NCBI GenBank assembly: GCA_963693055.1
Contig: OY843751.1
Span: forward strand, 4,928,001-4,992,000
Direction of reading: 5' to 3'
Length of the DNA: 64,000 nucleotides
DNA from: a bacterium
GTDB lineage: Bacteria; Zhuqueibacterota; Zhuqueibacteria; Residuimicrobiales; Krinioviventaceae
Both the position numbers and the translations under genes were made by a program. A model generated the notes under the pieces. The model saw nothing but the letters and a program-made list of their open reading frames with translations. It was not told where the DNA came from and did no database searches. Shown here one piece after another: positions 60,229 to 64,000 of the stretch. Each line of letters begins with the position of its first letter. Position 1 is the first letter of the stretch.

Positions 60229-62475
60229 TTGATCATGAGAACAAGGTTATTTATTCTGCTCTTACTATCAACCAGCATTCTCATTAAACCGGTTTACACA
60301 GCACCCGGGTCCGGATTACCGGACCCAGAGTGTCCGGTAGAGTCTTCTGTTTTGACAGGTACAGTCAGAGATTCCATGAACGCAGAGCCCATTGGATTTG
60401 TCAACATTCTGCTGCAAGAGCTCAATCGCTCCATCACCACTGATGCCAAAGGCAGATTTGTCTTGTCAGATTTGAGATGTGGTAGCTTTACCGCAAGAAC
60501 TTTTCGTATAGGCTACAAAAACATTACCTTTCCGGTCACTCTGGTGCACAAAGACACAACACAATTGGACATTGTGCTTGAGCAAACGCCATTAATGTTT
60601 CAGGATGTTTTGGTAGAAAGCCAACGCAGCAGCAATGAGGAACTGGCAAGCACACCCATCATGCTGTCAGATAAGAAACTGCATGCCAACCTGGGCAAAA
60701 CCATTGCCGAAACCGTAGATTATGAACCGGGAGTATCTCAGCAAACAATGGGGCCCGCTCCCGCCAGACCCGTTTTACGTGGACTGGGAGGAGCCAGGCT
60801 CCTCATGCTGGAAGATGCCAATACTACCGGCGATCTCTCGGCAACATCCGCTGACCATGCGGTTGCCATTGAGCCATTGACTACAGAACGCATTGAAGTG
60901 GTCCGTGGTCCCAAAGCGCTTACGTACGGCTCTAATACCCTGGGTGGTGTGATCAATGTGGTTCGGGGATTCATACCCACTACCGGCGTCAAAGTCCCAA
61001 CCGGCTCATTTACCTTGAATGGCGAAACCGTCAACAGCGGCAACGCAGTTGGTGGAGATATCTCACTGCCGGTAGGACCTTTAACTGTACGGTTGGATGG
61101 CAGTACCCGCCGGGCCGAAAGCATCCAAACCCCTGCGGGAACTCTTTCAAATACAGGTATTCACACCAAGAACGCATCCGCCGGAGCGGCATTGATCCGT
61201 AAATGGGGACGTGTAGGCTTTGCCGCGGGCGATTATGAAAGCAGTTACGGCATCCCCCCTGATCCCTATGGCGGTCATCCAAAGGGTGTGGATATCAATC
61301 TTGAGCGCAGACACACAGAAACCCTGCTGGAATGGTTTCCGCATCAACAACGTATTAAAAGCGTAAATATAATCCATACATGGTCACGCTATTACCATGA
61401 AGAAATAGAAGCCTCGGGCGATCTGGGAATGAATTTTGGCGCCATAAACCACAACCTGCGCATAGAAACCACACTGGGAAGCTGCGGCAAATTTGAAAAC
61501 AGCAAAATCGGATTGAAATCCAGCTATCGCGATTATGCTACAGGCGGCCTTACCTTTACTCCGGCAGTTCAGGAATATAATCACGAGTTTTATTTTTACC
61601 AGCAGGCAAACCTGGGGCCATTTATTCAAAACGGAGCGGTGCGGTACAATTTCAAATCCATCAAACCAGATACCCTCTATGAATCAAGACAGGTGGGCAC
61701 AGTTAGAGAACGACAGTTTCAGGGCGTTGCCGCGTCTGTATCGTTGCAATATGATTATAATAATTGGCTCCTGGGTAGTACCGTGACCCGCACCTTTATG
61801 CCGCCGGGCGTGGAAGAACTGTTCTCTGAAGGACCGCATCTGGCCGCGTATGCCTATGAAGTGGGCAATGCAGCACTGAATGCAGAAACCGGACTGGGCA
61901 CCGAGCTGTTTATCAAAAAGAACCAGCGAGATCACTCGCTCTATTTTGCGGTATACCAGAACTATATCGACAATTACCTGATCCCGGTCAATACGGGAAC
62001 AAAAAGCTGGCGGCGCGCGGACCTTTACGTATACCGCTATCTGGGAGAGGCGGTTATGATGCGCGGTACAGAGTTATCAGGCAGCTGGTTATTGTCCCGA
62101 TATTTTTCATTATCAGGCACCCTCAGCTATGTCTGGGGCGAGATTAGCTCTCAGCACACACCCATTCCCCGCACGCCTCCGTTGGAAGGCCGACTGGCAC
62201 TGAACTATCGCAAAGGTAGCTTCTCAGCGGGCATAAACCTGCGCGCGGCAGACGCGCAAACTCGTACCGGCGAATTTGAAACCACAACAGATGGCTATAC
62301 CGTGCTTGATCTTTCAGCGCAATACCTCATCGCCGCAGCGGGATTCATGCACAGTATTTCCTTGTCCGTCAACAATGCAACGGACACATCCTATCGCAAG
62401 CACCTCAACCGCGTCAAAGACGTCATGCCCGAACCCGGTAGAAACGTGCGATTGTTGTACAAGGTGTTTTATTGA
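60229..62475 (+). CDS. TonB-dependent receptor, ZnuD-like metal transporter
   Basis: N-terminal carboxypeptidase-regulatory-like domain, RPVLRG, SADHAV plug motif, IEVVRGP..L.YG..GGVIN, ELFSEGPH, PGRN..Y..F end; start may be ATG 60235. Confidence 0.92.
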   Translation: MIMRTRLFILLLLSTSILIKPVYTAPGSGLPDPECPVESSVLTGTVRDSMNAEPIGFVNILLQELNRSITTDAKGRFVLSDLRCGSFTARTFRIGYKNITFPVTLVHKDTTQLDIVLEQTPLMFQDVLVESQRSSNEELASTPIMLSDKKLHANLGKTIAETVDYEPGVSQQTMGPAPARPVLRGLGGARLLMLEDANTTGDLSATSADHAVAIEPLTTERIEVVRGPKALTYGSNTLGGVINVVRGFIPTTGVKVPTGSFTLNGETVNSGNAVGGDISLPVGPLTVRLDGSTRRAESIQTPAGTLSNTGIHTKNASAGAALIRKWGRVGFAAGDYESSYGIPPDPYGGHPKGVDINLERRHTETLLEWFPHQQRIKSVNIIHTWSRYYHEEIEASGDLGMNFGAINHNLRIETTLGSCGKFENSKIGLKSSYRDYATGGLTFTPAVQEYNHEFYFYQQANLGPFIQNGAVRYNFKSIKPDTLYESRQVGTVRERQFQGVAASVSLQYDYNNWLLGSTVTRTFMPPGVEELFSEGPHLAAYAYEVGNAALNAETGLGTELFIKKNQRDHSLYFAVYQNYIDNYLIPVNTGTKSWRRADLYVYRYLGEAVMMRGTELSGSWLLSRYFSLSGTLSYVWGEISSQHTPIPRTPPLEGRLALNYRKGSFSAGINLRAADAQTRTGEFETTTDGYTVLDLSAQYLIAAAGFMHSISLSVNNATDTSYRKHLNRVKDVMPEPGRNVRLLYKVFY

Positions 62476-62487
62476 TGGGATTATTTT

Positions 62488-62516
62488 CTCCCCAATTAGG
62501 ATTGGTGGTTGGGGAG
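62488..62516. terminator. Hairpin between convergent genes
   Basis: CTCCCCAA...TTGGGGAG. Confidence 0.4.
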
Positions 62517-62588
62517 GATATAGCATTTTTATTAACATTATTTCAATCATCAAATCATGGTTAACAATTTAATGAAATCAATAATCAA

Positions 62589-63245
62589 TTATTGAATCAA
62601 TTCCATAATTTTATCTCTGAAATAACAAAAACTGGGCGAATTATTATTATGAATATCCATATGGGGAGTTATTTTCTCGACCCATTCGGATTTCATCATA
62701 CCAATAAAATTCCATGGCCCTTTTTTTAAACTTTCAGAACCACCTTTATATATAGCATCTGCTAAAAACTCCCAGGTATCACATATAGAATCATTTTCAT
62801 AACGATTTAAAACAGTATCTCTAGCATTTGAATAAGCCGACTTTATAGCCGGTATATCACCTAGCAGCCATGCCTCTCCCTCCTCAATTGCAATACAAAA
62901 TCGTGTTTCGGGTTTTGGCTTACATTGGTCCAAAACAGAAAATAATTCTTGTCGAAAAGTTTTCAAACATTTCTTGTCCAAATCACAGATAATAAAAACA
63001 CATGCACGATAATCAGTGGGATATTGATTGAATGTCTTTCCATATCCTTTTAATAAATTAAGTAATTGGTCTAGTAAAATCCTTTTAGAGGCTTCTGTTC
63101 CAGGCTTTAAATTTCGTGGGATTTTCCCAATCCCTTTATAAGATTTTATCTTAAAAGAATGATTTTCATTATTAATAATTTGGGGTATGAGCTTTTCAAG
63201 CATTACTTTTCCTGATGCATCCTCTACCAATATCTCAAAATGCAT
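62589..63245 (-). CDS. DUF4276-like TOPRIM-fold protein
   Basis: ILVED.S, CDLD, EEGEAWLLGD, N.SPSF..F; directly behind an ABC ATPase. Confidence 0.8.
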   Translation of the reverse strand: MHFEILVEDASGKVMLEKLIPQIINNENHSFKIKSYKGIGKIPRNLKPGTEASKRILLDQLLNLLKGYGKTFNQYPTDYRACVFIICDLDKKCLKTFRQELFSVLDQCKPKPETRFCIAIEEGEAWLLGDIPAIKSAYSNARDTVLNRYENDSICDTWEFLADAIYKGGSESLKKGPWNFIGMMKSEWVEKITPHMDIHNNNSPSFCYFRDKIMELIQ

Positions 63246-63248
63246 TCA

Positions 63249-64000
63249 TTACCTCGCATCCAAATAATCGCTATACCATAACCCTCCTAATGGCAATCCC
63301 TCGCTCACAAGCCCCTCAACAACAGGATCATCACTTGCACGACGAATTTTAGAGAAACCATCATCACCTTTTTCTAAAATCCAAACTTCTTTTGGTGCCA
63401 GTGCGTCAACAAAATAGGGTTGATGCGTTGTTACAAAAATCTGGGCACCATCTTTTCTTTTTATAGCATGTGCACGTAATTCTTGCGCCAAAGTCTCTAA
63501 TAATTTGTGATAAAGCCCGTTCTCAGGCTCTTCAATACAAATGAACGGCGGAGGTGTAGGATCATTCAACAACAAAAGGTATGAAAACAATTTAAGTGTT
63601 CCGTCAGACATTTGCTGCGCATAAAAGGGATCTTTAAAGCCTTTGTCATTAAAGCGGAGTAATAAACGGCCGTCTTCACTTTTTTGTGTATTTATCTTGT
63701 TAACACCAGGAATTTTTTCAGCAATTGAATTCAAAACAGACTTTAACCTGTCCGGATGTTCTCTTTCCATATATTGCACAAAGTTACCCAGGTTATCACC
63801 ACTCACATTCAAATGTTTTTGAGGCCCGGCTAAAGGTAAACTGCGCGCCGCATCAGGAGCAAAATAGCTCAAATACCAACCTTCAATAAAATTTCGAAAA
63901 GCTGATATCCGGGGATGTTGTTTCAGGGCCCCTAATGTCGCAATTCCTAATTTCCTTATATCTTCAAGCTCTACAATTTCCGTTTCCCTACCTTCTTCAA
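63249..64000 (-). CDS. ABC-type (AAA_21) ATPase, partial (continues past right edge)
   Basis: Signature MSDGT, Walker B IEEPENGLY, H-loop TTHQP; frame stays open beyond 63872 (EEGRETEIVELEDIRKLGIATLGALKQHPRI...). Confidence 0.9.
   Translation of the reverse strand, partial: EEGRETEIVELEDIRKLGIATLGALKQHPRISAFRNFIEGWYLSYFAPDAARSLPLAGPQKHLNVSGDNLGNFVQYMEREHPDRLKSVLNSIAEKIPGVNKINTQKSEDGRLLLRFNDKGFKDPFYAQQMSDGTLKLFSYLLLLNDPTPPPFICIEEPENGLYHKLLETLAQELRAHAIKRKDGAQIFVTTHQPYFVDALAPKEVWILEKGDDGFSKIRRASDDPVVEGLVSEGLPLGGLWYSDYLDAR

Noticed and set aside
1-64000. CRISPR array, tRNA, rRNA, integrase or transposase
   Set aside because: No regularly spaced repeat-spacer units, cloverleaf or rRNA-like tracts, or recombinase/transposase motifs seen by eye

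Overview
This is a bacterial chromosomal window with dense coding, mostly on the minus strand. Gene content and signal styles suggest an FCB-type lineage such as KSB1/Calditrichota; that is inference only. From left to right: a partial TPR-like gene, an exported nitrilase-family enzyme, an RND efflux operon, a penicillin-acylase-family gene, and an accessory patch (REP-like palindromes, aldehyde dehydrogenase, a cyclase-like remnant, and an AAA_14/DUF4143 ATPase behind a tandem palindromic operator). Next come a DUF1598/lipoprotein pair divergent from an ECF sigma/anti-sigma/YbjQ operon, a MacAB-like exporter with no ATPase, a YqhD-like reductase, and a sigma54-controlled FapA-like/CheW/MCP mini-operon with its two-component system. 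A ~21 kb glycan locus follows with no SusC/SusD: GH109, GH106, GH140, two sulfatases, an esterase, DUF5916, SSS and NCS1 transporters, a UroD/MtaA-like protein, an L-rhamnose isomerase-like enzyme and LacI. The right end holds an OPT transporter, a cupin/K+ channel/sigma54-activator operon driving a secreted HEAT protein, pdp, rfbC, a His-rich RAPP-ending uORF ahead of a His-rich lipoprotein and TonB receptor, and an ABC-ATPase/DUF4276 pair. I saw no rRNA, tRNA, CRISPR array or intact transposase. The strongest leads are the RAPP metal-sensing leader, the DUF4143 tandem operator, the UroD-like protein in an RG-II-type locus and the two sigma54 modules. All family calls come from motif recognition by eye; no searches were run.
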